From Leucoraja erinacea (taxonomy: Eukaryota), in assembly GCF_028641065.1 (NCBI RefSeq), contig NW_026575771.1, positions 1 through 32,638 on the forward strand: DNA of 32,638 nucleotides, read 5' to 3'. The stretch's first letter is position 1; every line of letters starts with the position of its first letter. Of this stretch, positions 1 to 10,144 are shown one piece after another. The notes under the pieces were generated by a model. It saw only the letters and a program-made list of their open reading frames with translations. It was not told the origin of the DNA and searched no databases. A program made the position numbers and the translations under genes.

Positions 1-322
1 AGCACACACCCAGAAACATTTTAATATACATTTGAGGAATTCCGAACATATTTTATGAAACAACTGCACTATGAAACCAATCTTGAAACCATCTTATTTA
101 CAACTATACCATGAGTTTTAAACGTGCTTTTCCGCCCCTTACACAATATAAACTTTATAGAAACATAGAAAATAGGTGGAGTTTAAAAAAATCAAATAAG
201 GCAAGGAGTACGTGGAATGAACGGAAAGGGGATGAGGATTCTTAGACGGCATCCGCCGTGATATTATGGAAGAGCGAAGCGACCACGAATGATGGGTCAG
301 CATCTTTCTGCAGTGTTTGTCG

Positions 323-978
323 ATTGACAATAGACAATAGACATAGAAACATAGAAACATAGAAAATAGCTGCAGGAGTAGGCCATTCGGCCCTTCGAGC
401 CTGCACCGCCATTCAATATGATCATGACTGATCATCCAACTCAGTATTCTGTACATGCCTTCTCTCCATAACCCCTGATCCCTTTCGCCACAAGGGCCAC
501 ATCTAACTCCCTCTTAAATATAGCCAATGAACTGGCCTCAACTACCTTCTGTGGCAGAGAATTCCAGAGATTCACCACTCTCTGTGTGAAAAATGTTTTC
601 CTCATCTCGGTCCTAAAAGATTTCCCCCTTATCCTTAAACTGTGACCCCTTGTTCTGGACTTCCCCAACATCGGGAACAATCTTCCTTCATCTAGCCTGT
701 CCAACCCCTTAAGAATCTTGTAAGTTTCTATAAGATCCCCCCTCAATCTTCTAAATTCTAGCGAGTACAAGCCGAGTCTATCCAGTCTTTCTTCATGAGT
801 CCTGACATCCCAGGAATCAGTCTGGTGAACCTTCTCTGTACTCCCTCTAAGGCAAGAATGTATTTCCTCAGATTAGGAGACCAACACTGTACGCAATACT
901 CCAGGTGTGGTCTCACCAAGACCCTGTACAACTGCAGTAGAACCTCCCTGCTCCTATACTCAAATCCTTTTGCTATAT
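323..978 (-). mobile_element. CR1-clade LINE 3' fragment (RT C-terminus, 3'UTR, (CTATGTTT)n-type tail)
   Basis: ORF 441..770 reads [21 protein letters not shown]...FFTQRVVNLWNSLP, the typical CR1 ORF2 C-terminus. The repeated tail appears as catagaaa at about 340-365. Confidence 0.9.
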
Positions 979-1004
979 ATTGCTTATATTTTGCTTATAT
1001 TGTG

Positions 1005-1650
1005 TAAGGGGCGGAAAAGCGATATAGTTGGGATCACGGAGACATGGCTCCAGGGTGACCAAGGCTGGGAGCTGAACATCCAGGGATATTCAATATTCAG
1101 GAGAGATAGACAGAAAGGAAAAGTAGGTGGGGGTAGCGTTGCTGGTTAGAGAGGCGATTAACGCAATAGAAAGGAAGGACATTAGCTTGGAGGATGTAGA
1201 ATTGGTATGGGTAGAGCTGCGAAACACTAAGGGGCAGAAAACGCTAGTGGGAGTTGTGTACAGGCTATCTAACAGTAGTAGTGGAGTTGGGAATGGCATC
1301 AAACAGGAAATTAGAAATGCGTGCAACAAAGGTAAAACAGTTATAATGGGTGACTTCAATCTACATATAGATTGGATGAATCAAATTGGCAGGGGTGCTG
1401 AGGAAGAGGATTTCTTGGAATGTATGTGGGATAGTTTTCTAAACCAACATGTAGAGGAACCAACGAGAGAGCAGGCTATTCTAGACTGGGTATTGAGTAA
1501 TGAGGAAGGGTTAGTTAGCAGTCTTGTTGTGCGTGGCCCCTTGGGCAAGAGTGACCATAATATGGTTAAGTTCTTCATTAGGATGGAGAGTGACATCATT
1601 AATTCAGAAACAAGGGTTCTGAACTTAAAGAAAGGTAACTTTGAGGGTGT
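1005..1650 (+). mobile_element. CR1 LINE APE-endonuclease fragment, frameshifted
   Basis: Motifs DIVGITETWL, GGGVALLV, GVVYR, IMGDFN, ILDWVL and GKSDHN are spread across two frames. Confidence 0.88.
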
Positions 1651-2282
1651 GATTTGAGTATAGGAACAGTGAGGTTCTACTGCAGTTGTAGTGCAGGGTC
1701 TGGTGAGACCACACTTGGAGTATTGCGTACAGTTTTGGTCTCCTAATCTGAGGAAAGACATTCTTGCCATAGAGAGAGTACAGAGAAGGTTCACCTGATT
1801 CCTGACTGATTCCTGGGATGTCAGGACTTTCATATGAAGAAAGACTGGATAGACTTGGCTTGTACTCGCTAGAATTTAGAAGATTGAGGAGGGATCTTAT
1901 AGAAACTTACAAAATTCTTAAGGGGTTGGACAGGCTAGATGCAGGAAGATTGTTCCCGATGTTTGGGAAGTCCAGAACAAGGGGTCACAGTTTAAGGATA
2001 AGGGGGAAATCTTTTAGGACCGAGATGAAAAAAACATTTTTCACACAGAGAGTGGTGAATCTCTGGAATTCTCTGCCACAAAAGGTAGTTGAGGCCAGTT
2101 CATTGGCTAAATTTAAGAGGGAGTTAGATGTGGGCCTTGTGGCTAAAGGTATTCGGGGGTATGGAGAGAAGGCAGGTACAGGATACTGAGTTGGATGATC
2201 AGCCATGATCATATTGAATGGCGGTGCAGGCTCGAAGGGCCGAATGGCCTACTCCTGCACATATTTTCTATGTTTCTATGTG
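1651..2282 (+). mobile_element. CR1 LINE 3' fragment, near-identical inverted copy of 323-978
   Basis: ORF 1818..2189 is almost identical to ORF 441..770 (-). It ends in a tttctatgtttctatg tail. Confidence 0.9.
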
Positions 2283-2342
2283 TCTAATAGATGTGATAGC
2301 GTGAGTCCATGTTGCTGTTGAGTTGGGAGCCGTGTTTCAGCT

Positions 2343-2409
2343 CCGCCCGCTGCACCACTCGGTTTACAAGTCCCGCCCACAGCCGCGCCCTCTTTTGCCG
2401 GGTATTTAA
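2343..2409 (+). promoter_or_regulatory. Putative VH promoter (GC boxes plus TATA-like element, no octamer)
   Basis: CCGCCC at 2343-2348 and 2373-2378, TATTTAA at 2403-2409, about 95 nt upstream of the leader ATG. No ATGCAAAT/ATTTGCAT in 2283-2501. Confidence 0.5.
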
Positions 2410-2501
2410 TTCTCTCTAAGAGGGGCCGAAATCCAACTTCCTTGCAGTTGGTTTGTTGCGAGGTTCTGTACAGAAACAACAGGGTCACACTTCCCAGCGG
2501 G

Positions 2502-2547
2502 ATGATGTCGGCGGTTTCACTGAGTTTGTTCCTGGCGTTAATAGTCC
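2502..2547 (+). CDS. IGHV: IgH leader exon (L-PART1), MMSAVSLSLFLALIV
   Basis: A 46-nt hydrophobic signal peptide exon followed by a GTGAGT donor at 2548. Phase 1 matches the V exon acceptor. Confidence 0.93.
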
Positions 2548-2721
2548 GTGAGTGATGTTGGACAAATTCCCCACGCAAGTGTCCCAGTGGTGTATCCACT
2601 ACACCATTCCCCTTCTACCCACTCTAGAACCGTCCCAATTTATTTCCTCTTGATAATTAGAGTCGGGGATCAATGGTCAATATTTTATCCTCGCCATTCA
2701 TGCCTTGTTTTTAACTTGCAG

Positions 2722-3025
2722 GTGTCCATTCCGATATCGTTCTAACCCAGCCCGAGACAGAGACGGCCACTCCTGGAGGCTCCATCACACTGACCTGTAA
2801 AGCCAGCGGGTTCAGTATTAGCAGCTACTATATGGCTTTGGTCCGTCAGGTCCCCGGGCAGGGGCTGGAGTGGCTGCTTTCCTACTACACTTCTTCTTAC
2901 AAGTACTTCGCTCCGGGGATAGAGAGCCGATTTACTCCGTCCCAAGACAATACGAATAATATCTTCATCGTGACGGCCAGCAGCCTGAAGATCGAAGACA
3001 CGGCTGTCTATTACTGTGCGAGACA
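2722..3025 (+). CDS. IGHV: IgM VH exon (L-PART2 + V region), germline
   Basis: Acceptor ttgcag ends at 2721. Open frame (R)[52 protein letters not shown]...[10 protein letters not shown] with both conserved Cys. Confidence 0.97.
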
Positions 3026-3064
3026 CACAGTGTGAGCATTCAGTGTCAGACCCGTACAAGAACG
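3026..3064 (+). other. V 3' recombination signal sequence, 23-bp spacer
   Basis: CACAGTG (3026-3032), 23 nt, ACAAGAACG (3056-3064). Confidence 0.95.
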
Positions 3065-3307
3065 GCACGTTAGGAAGTCCAGCTTTTACCATCAAAGACT
3101 AGAGGTGAGCAATTATTCCTACAGCTATAATAACAGTCGGGAAATGGAGGCAAAGTACCATTCACAAATCCAACACGATATTCAAAAATGTAACCAGCGT
3201 ATTCGTGTGAGTTTTTTATATTCGCTTCACGCATACCCATAGGCGTTGTGTAAAACCATAGACCAGGAAAATATGCTCATTCCATTATGCAAGTGAGATG
3301 AAGGGAG

Positions 3308-3376
3308 ATTGTTGGTGTTGTGTATATTTATATTGTTGGTGTTGTGTATATTTATATTGTTGGTGTTGTGTATATT
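3308..3376. repeat. 24-bp tandem repeat, about 2.9 copies, in the V-D1 spacer
   Basis: Unit attgttggtgttgtgtatatttat starts at 3308, 3332 and 3356 (last copy partial). Confidence 0.95.
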
Positions 3377-3457
3377 GTGTTCTCTGTGAATTGCTGGACC
3401 ATTTAAAATCGTGTCGAAGGCCGTTTCAAATGAAACCTGAGTGTGAACTGTATGGGA

Positions 3458-3536
3458 GGTTTTTGTGCGGGTCTGTCTCACTGTGTACAACAGTGGGTCA
3501 CGGTGCTACAAACAGCGACTTCCCCGTACAAAAACC
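3458..3536 (+). other. DH1 segment (3486-3498, TACAACAGTGGGT) with 5' 12-RSS and 3' 22-RSS
   Basis: GGTTTTTGT 3458-3466, 12 nt, CACTGTG 3479-3485; CACGGTG 3499-3505, 22 nt, ACAAAAACC 3528-3536. Confidence 0.96.
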
Positions 3537-3784
3537 CTGACACCTAGTTTTCTCCTGCTCCAACCTACAAGCACCGTAGGAGAGGCCCAGTGAAGAAAAA
3601 TCAAATAATATTTCACCGTTTAAAGTTACATGGATTGTTTTGAGAAATGTCCAACTGTCTTCCGACCAATTAACGTTATTTTATGAGCTTTAGAAGAACA
3701 GCGTTTAGCTGTATAAGTGACAGCGAAGAGTCCCCTGGGACATATCGTCTGTGAGCAGTACATGCACCAGTTCTTGAAGAGCGA

Positions 3785-3852
3785 GGTATTTGACATGGTA
3801 TGTTTCACTGTGTATACTGGATGGCACAGCGGTTCCTACCAATACAAAAACA
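3785..3852 (+). other. DH2 segment (3813-3824, TATACTGGATGG) with 12/12 RSS
   Basis: GGTATTTGA 3785-3793, 12 nt, CACTGTG 3806-3812; CACAGCG 3825-3831, 12 nt, ACAAAAACA 3844-3852. Confidence 0.95.
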
Positions 3853-4179
3853 TCCACAACCCATAATACGGTGGTCTGGGCCAGTATATGATATTTTCAA
3901 TTCAATATTTCATACAACAAGAGCATAAACATGTCCAGGAATATTTTCGCACATTTTGTTGTATAGGTAACTTGAAGTAATTTGTATTTTATATGTAGAT
4001 AATTCTCATCACATTTCACTGCCCTGTTTAATACACGGAGCCGTGGTATCTGATTATTGTTGGAAATGATTTATTTAACGCATTCATTATTTTCAAAGAG
4101 CAATAAGTCATTCACCTTCGATGTGAAATACGAATAATTACAGGAATTTTGTTCTTTTTTGCCTACCTTGTGCAGATCA

Positions 4180-4218
4180 TGTTATTGTGCGAGGAAGCCC
4201 ATAGAATGTAACACTGTG
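4180..4218 (-). other. JH 5' RSS, 23-bp spacer
   Basis: TGTTATTGT 4180-4188, 23 nt, CACTGTG 4212-4218. Confidence 0.9.
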
Positions 4219-4266
4219 ACTATCTTGACTACTGGGGAGGAGGCACCATGTTGACGGTAACCAACG
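4219..4266 (+). CDS. IGHJ: JH segment YLDYWGGGTMLTVTN
   Basis: WGxG motif, with a phase-1 donor GTAAGA at 4267. Confidence 0.97.
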
Positions 4267-4847
4267 GTAAGAAACTTCATCCTATTCAGTATCTAGATGT
4301 ATCCAGTTGTTATTTTACTCGATATTTCCAATAATTATATTAAATTGTTCTTCTACATTAATGACCCATTCATTGCAATGTTGGATCGATGTTGCTTTAG
4401 AATGTTATGTGATTCCGCTGCAGTGATATTCACGATTTAAACTTGCCTTGTGTGCTATGACTTTCGATCCTTTGACTATGAAACGGATTCGGTTTAAGTT
4501 CCTAATTAGTGGGAAAATGTGCATCAATTTGCTTTCACTAGGCTTTCTAATTGTTTGAGATTGTTGTGGTCCTTGATCTGCGATGCATCGAACTGTATTT
4601 TATGATCAACAGCAGGTACTTTGTCTCAGTTTGTTTCTTCTCAGCGCATATGAAACAAACGACACAAACGGATAAATCCTGGGTGTAAAATGTTCAAGTT
4701 TTTAAAGTGTATGTATTAATTGGTGGAATCACCTTGCCAACTTTAATCCAATCGCTAACAAAACTTGCATGGAAGAAGTAAAATGTTCTTGCAGCAAAAC
4801 ACAGACAGCAAGGTTCAGCGTCAGTTATATATCTTGAAGTACAATGA

Positions 4848-4943
4848 ATAGGGAGGAACTGTGGATGCTGATTTATGTTGCCGATTGACACAAAGCTGGA
4901 GTAACTCTGCTTCTCCCGCTGAGTTACTACAACTTTTTGTGTC
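4848..4943. mobile_element. Short Penelope terminal-repeat-derived insertion with an internal inversion and an 18-bp flanking duplication
   Basis: tatcttgaagtacaatga at 4830-4847 and 4944-4961. Inside, gacacaaagctggagtaactc and gagttactacaactttttgtgtc are inverted. Resembles 25393-25460. Confidence 0.65.
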
Positions 4944-5544
4944 TATCTTGAAGTACAATGAGTTGGCCATGTGAACCAATGATACAGCAAAGCTAAGAAA
5001 GCAAAGTCCGTGAAACGCGATCTACAGAATGACAATGTACCGGGTGTAATAGGGGACAGAGGAACTAGCGTGACGGAGGAACTGAATGAAATTCACATTA
5101 TATGGAAATGTTATCTATGTAATCCACGTGTATTGTGTTATTCCTCGTTATTTCAACAATGATTGGCTCGGTGGTCAATGGAACAATGAATTTCGGTGGT
5201 CTTTGGACAGAGATATTTGGATTTTTGTGAAGAGTTTCAGCAAATTTGTGTTAAGCGATTGATCCCATCGGCGGTATGATTCAGCCGGTCATTGTGGGAG
5301 ACGATATTTGGTGCGTAATTGGACGTGTTTGTACGTTCCATTCGATTGGCAGCGACCGGGTATTGCTGTTGTATGAAGTGTCCGATTCGGTTATTTCAAT
5401 AAACGCAAAGAAGATATATGTTTAAAAATAAAAATAACAAGAAATTATTAGAAATCATAAATAGGAAGAGTAAATGTTGCAAACACCTAGAGGGTCACGC
5501 AGCCTGTGGCGAAAGACAAATCCCATAGAGGGGAGCCGAATGAC

Positions 5545-5790
5545 AGCTGGTAGCGCCAGAGACACGACTTCGTTCCCGAAATCAGGTGCAGACTGAGAAC
5601 TGTGCGTTCTCCCTGCGGTTTGTTACTGGTTCTCTGCTTTCCTCCCACAACCCAAAAGAGTGCAGGTTTGCAGGTTAATTGACCCGGGTGATTGACCCGG
5701 GTGGGTCGGGGGTGCGATAACGTGGAACTTGTGTGTCGCCGTGGATTTGGTTGGCAGAAGGATCTATTTCTATGCTATATCTCTAATCGA
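5545..5790 (+). mobile_element. Degenerate V-SINE (HE1-like shark/ray SINE) with CR1-derived tail
   Basis: V-domain-like core ctttcctcccacaacccaaaagagtgcaggtttgcaggttaattg and a 3' end ggcagaaggatctatttctatgctatatctcta. Confidence 0.65.
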
Positions 5791-6124
5791 AACTGAATTC
5801 GCCATGGTTTATTCTCCCAACGATAGTCGACCTGGCAAATGCTTGCTTTCCTCTTTCCACAAATGCTGCCTAACCCAATGACCCATTTCTCTGTTTTATG
5901 TCAAAGATCACGAGTTTTCCCATTTGGAAAATGCGTTGAATGTAAAACGGGGAGATTTCGGAACAGCTGCAGTTCTTGAATAATTTGTAATCCGTGGATT
6001 TATTAGAAAGAGAATTTGAATTCGTGTTTGTCTATGGGTCCCAATGTCATTTAAACAAAATGTTCCTCTATTTACTGAATTGCTAATGAAAAATGTCCGT
6101 TTTACGAATAGTTGCGGTAAAAAA

Positions 6125-6413
6125 AATGAGAGATTGGGAAAAATGGAATGTTGGAAACTGAATTTTCTTTGCTAATTTAGACAATAGAGGCCATTCGGTC
6201 CTTCGAGCTAGCACCGCCATTTAATGTGATGGCTGATCTTCCCCAATCAGTCCCCTTTCCTGCCTTCTCCCCATATCCCCTGACTCCGCTATCTTAATTT
6301 TAATTACAAAACAGGGTATCCCATTAATCATTGAACAGAGTGCGAATTGAAATCCATGGCTTAAAGGAGGGTTTGAGTGGCGTTCAAATTTACATTTGCA
6401 TTTATTTAATTAA
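6125..6413. repeat. Left arm of an octamer-containing inverted repeat, interrupted by a CR1 3' fragment at about 6181-6295
   Basis: 6310-6413 is the reverse complement of 7499-7601 (about 87% by hand count). ATTTGCAT at 6394-6401. Confidence 0.88.
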
Positions 6414-6593
6414 GACATTGATTTAGCAACATTGTGCATTTTCACTATTCTAAGTAGACTTCCTCTATATGAATGAAAGCCTTTTCCTGTTAAAGTCACG
6501 AAGCAAACTCAGATATGTTTTAATAGATTGCAGGTTATAATTTATAATTGGTATATTTGATATTCGTTTCCTATCGGACAGTGATACAATGTT

Positions 6594-6740
6594 TACAATG
6601 ATACAAACCCGTCTGAAGAAGGGTTTCGGCCCGAAACGTTGCCCTTTTCCTTCGCTCCGTAGATGCTGCTGCACCCGCTGAGTTTCTCCAGCTTTTTTGT
6701 GTACCTTCGATTTTCCAGCATCTGCAGTTCCTTCTTAAAC
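6594..6740 (+). mobile_element. Penelope terminal repeat (pLTR) fragment with 16-bp flanking duplication
   Basis: Reverse-complement match to 25393-25520. acagtgatacaatgtt at 6578-6593 and 6741-6756. Confidence 0.8.
6613..6640 (+). ncRNA. Minimal type I hammerhead ribozyme-like motif
   Basis: CTGAAGA, A-GGG(tttcgg)CCC stem II, GAAA, CGTT, inside a Penelope pLTR. Confidence 0.55.
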
Positions 6741-7498
6741 ACAGTGATACAATGTTAATCATTCGTTCTTCCGTGCCGATCACATTGTAAACGTAAACTC
6801 GTTTTAAAGATGCTGGAAACTGAACTGAATTGCATCAACATTAATTTTAATTGATTATTATTGATTTCATTGAGGCAATGATGCACACAGACAAACATTT
6901 GAAACATGTGCCAATTTATTTAATTACGAAGTATTAACATGTTGTTACAATTTATATGCTACATTTAGTTTCCAGAAGTTGTGGTACATAACCTTTACTA
7001 ATTCAGATATTATATTGAGGGAGTTCTTTTTAATCCTTACCAATGCAATCTCATACATGTTTTTAATCTGGTATGAATGTAATGTTCTTGCCGGCTGGTT
7101 TGCTTTTTGGAATGTCCTTGCAATTACGGTCGACATAGAAATGATCGGTATATTTTCGTGAGTGATGGGACAACAAAATACAGTTAAAAAGTAACATTTG
7201 AAGTGTGTTATTTGTCGCTACCATTTCAATCCCATCCACCCCCTTAGTTGGTTCCGTTCGATGGACACATTTAAGGCCAAATTACACGAACAAGATTGTG
7301 ATTGTTTATTTTTTGTCTTCTCCCAAATTATGTTCGGGACCCGATGTGGAAACCACAGCCATCCTTCCATTGTTTCTGATTTTATCGGATAATCTCTGAA
7401 CCATTTATGCCAAAAACTCTTCCATCTTCCTTCAAATCAAAAGTTTAGCCACGGGCATTCTCAGTGGCCCAAGCGAAACCTACCAAAATTATTTAATT

Positions 7499-7665
7499 TT
7501 AATTAAATAAATGCAAATGTAATTTTGAACGTCAGTCAAACCCTCGTTTGAACCATTGATTTCAATTCCCACTCTGTTCACGGATTAGTGGGATAACTGT
7601 TCGATTCAAATAGCAGAGAAAATGTTGTTTCCAACATTGCACATCATTTCACCAATTTCCATTTA
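7499..7665. repeat. Right arm of the octamer-containing inverted repeat
   Basis: ATGCAAAT at 7511-7518. 7607-7665 resembles the reverse complement of 6125-6180. Confidence 0.88.
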
Positions 7666-7669
7666 GTTG

Positions 7670-8130
7670 GGTACACGGGACAACCCCTGACACAGACTGG
7701 CCGATTCCCCGAACTCTTCCTCCTGTACCCATGCAGAACTCATCGACTTCATTGTCTACAAACTTTGACCGTACGATCAAATTCCCCGGGTCTATCCCCG
7801 ACACATACCTCCCCTTTGTTGATCTCACCGTCTCCATCGCAGGAGATAGACTATCGACTGACGTAAATGACAAATCTACGGACTCCCACAGCTATCAGGA
7901 CTACACCTCTTCCAACCTTGCCTCCTGCAAAGATTCTATGGTCTATTCCCAAATTCATCCATCTCCGTGCAACTGCTCCCAAGATGAGTTGTTCCATCCC
8001 AGGATATCCGAGGTCCTCATTCTTTAGGGAGCGGGTATTCTCCACTTTTACAATAGACGAGACTCTCACACGTGTCTACACTGTATCCCGTAGATCCGCC
8101 CTTGCTCCATCATCCCCAGTCGCAACAAGG
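7670..8130 (+). mobile_element. Degenerate Penelope-like RT fragment
   Basis: LPFVDLTVSIAGDRLSTDV..KSTDSHSYQDYTSS matches LPFLDLTISIAGDRLLTDIHYKPTDSHGYLDYMSS of the element at 29287-30063. Confidence 0.85.
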
Positions 8131-8434
8131 AGTTTGGTGAGATTGTAACACATACGCCAACGTTAGTTATAGCCATTGAGCATTCCTGAGAAATCCTGGG
8201 AATTTTACAGTAATTAATACTGGAGGCCTATCGATATATTTCCAACTCGAAATTGTGCGTACATTTGGCAGTAACTGCCAGATATTGGCACCCAAGACAT
8301 TTTCAGCCAATGTTTTCCAAGGTGGGATCAAGGCGGAATGATTAACTAATAGTGTGTGATACTCAGGTGAAGTTGCATGAAATAGACAAGAGAGAGAGAG
8401 AGAGTTTAACATTCATGTGGCCTTTGCTTTGCAG

Positions 8435-8737
8435 CGGCTCCATCCGCGCCCAGTCCCTTCATTCTCTTCACCTGCGAGGATCAAGGCTCCAGTGGTTCGT
8501 TCACCTATGGTTGTTTGGCGTTGGGCTATTCCCCTGCGGGCGCCAGTGTTTCTTGGAAGAAAGATGATATACAACTGGAGACCGGAGTGAAGGGCTACCC
8601 GGCAGTGTTCAATAAGTTGGGAACTTACACCCGGAGCAGCGAGTTAACCATCACCGAGGCGGCGGCAGCGGGAGGTGACATCTTCTGCGTGGTTCAGCAC
8701 AACCAGAACGAGTATAAAGTGAAAGTACAACCACCAG
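8435..8737 (+). CDS. IGHM: IgM constant exon Cmu1
   Basis: ttgcag acceptor. 303 nt, (A)APSAPSPFILFTCEDQGSSGSFTYGCLALGYSP..VSW..DIFCVVQH..VQPP. GT donor at 8738. Extra N-terminal Cys is the probable light-chain partner. Confidence 0.96.
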
Positions 8738-8759
8738 GTTCGTGTTGGGGTGGGGTTGA

Positions 8760-9118
8760 GAGTCGGGAGTCGAGAGTCAAGAATGTTTTATTGTCATATG
8801 TCCCAGATAGAACAATGACATTTTTGCATGTATACACGCACACACACTCAAAACAAACAATAACAGTGCAATAATAATAATAATAATAATAATAATAATC
8901 ATCTATTGCAGTTCAGAGGATATGAAGTTCTAGTGTTTAATAGCCTGATGGCTGTAGGGAAGAAGCTGTTCCTGAACCTAGACGTTACAGTTTTCAGGCT
9001 CCTGTACCTTCTTCCCGATGGCAGTGGTGAAATGAGTGTGTAGCCAGGATGGTGTGGGTCTCTGATGATGTTGGATGCCTTTTTTGCAGGCAGCGGGGGA
9101 CTTTTTGATCCCTTTGAT

Positions 9119-9164
<46 letters not shown>

Positions 9165-9265
9165 CCGAGCCGGTTATGGAATGGGCAGGGGTCACAACTT
9201 TTTGCAATCTTTTCCGCTCCTGGATGTTCAAGTTGCCGAACCAGGCCGTGATGCAATCCATATAA
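8760..9265 (-). mobile_element. Rex1/Babar-clade LINE 3' fragment, containing (AAT)n at 8870-8899 and G45 at 9119-9163
   Basis: CITAWFGN..RKRLQKVV...IIRDPHHPGY..LPSGRRYRSL..RFRNSFFPTAIRLLN. Confidence 0.85.
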
Positions 9266-10144
9266 TTCGCGGGATTTGACAATTGAAGATAAGTACTTGA
9301 CCTAATGTGCCCTGTTCGGTTTTATTCTTCATGTCATACTGAATGTCGAACGCTCATCTGAGCTCCACGATCCACCTGGTCAAAGACAGACAATTCATGT
9401 CTATATAGGGATGTGTAAGTGTGGCTGCATCCACAGATGTGATGTAACATCTGGAACACGGATGAAACTCTATTCTCAACTTAACCACCAAAGACCAAAA
9501 ACACTTAAACCACCCGCCACATTATTCCAGCTCTTCGCTTTAAAAAAAAATCAAACAACATCTGCTGTTGTTGTTTGGACAAAACGGTGAGTTGTGTTTC
9601 CAGGCACCGAGGGGCGAGAGCGATATTCATAATACCGAAGCGTTCTTGTGACGGAACGAAAGGCGGTGCTTCAAATATCGAGACAATTCACCATTCACAA
9701 AATCATAAAACATTAAAAAAATACTTGTAGAGAGTTTGAAAAGAGTGCTGATCAATTTATTATCATCACCAGCCCGTCCATATAATTCGCGAGGAACTGA
9801 TCTATACATAGATACGTTACATTTTAACTGGCGAACAATCGGAGCGGCTGAGTGCATCATGTTGAGAACATTATCAAGAATATTAAAAGCACAGACACAG
9901 TCACAGAGGACAAAAGCAGAAGTCGGCCCATTACATCCCTGTGACAACGACACCGAACTATAAGTTCCCCATTTACGAGCACTCGATGTACCATGATAAA
10001 CAAAGAATTTAGTAGCATCTCGGGAAGTCCAAGTGAGTGGACGGCTACTTTTAATCAGAAAATGTGATTTTTTTTTTGGTGAAAATATTGGGTGTCATTA
10101 TTAATCGACGATGAGCAATTCCAATGAAGTTTATTTCCTTTCAG

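Noticed and set aside
3308-3376. CRISPR-like array or Cys-rich peptide (CWCCVYLY)x3
   Set aside because: The repeats are head-to-tail with no spacers, the context is eukaryotic, and the peptide is only the translated repeat.
2722-4266. Germline-joined VDJ, IgNAR or IgW identity
   Set aside because: All RSS and spacers are present. The conventional VH, four C exons, IgM-type tailpiece and KVK tail indicate IgM.
9119-9163. Poly-Pro and poly-Gly ORFs from a 45-nt G run
   Set aside because: It is a homopolymer inside a Rex1/Babar fragment, either an expansion or a sequencing artefact, and not a protein.
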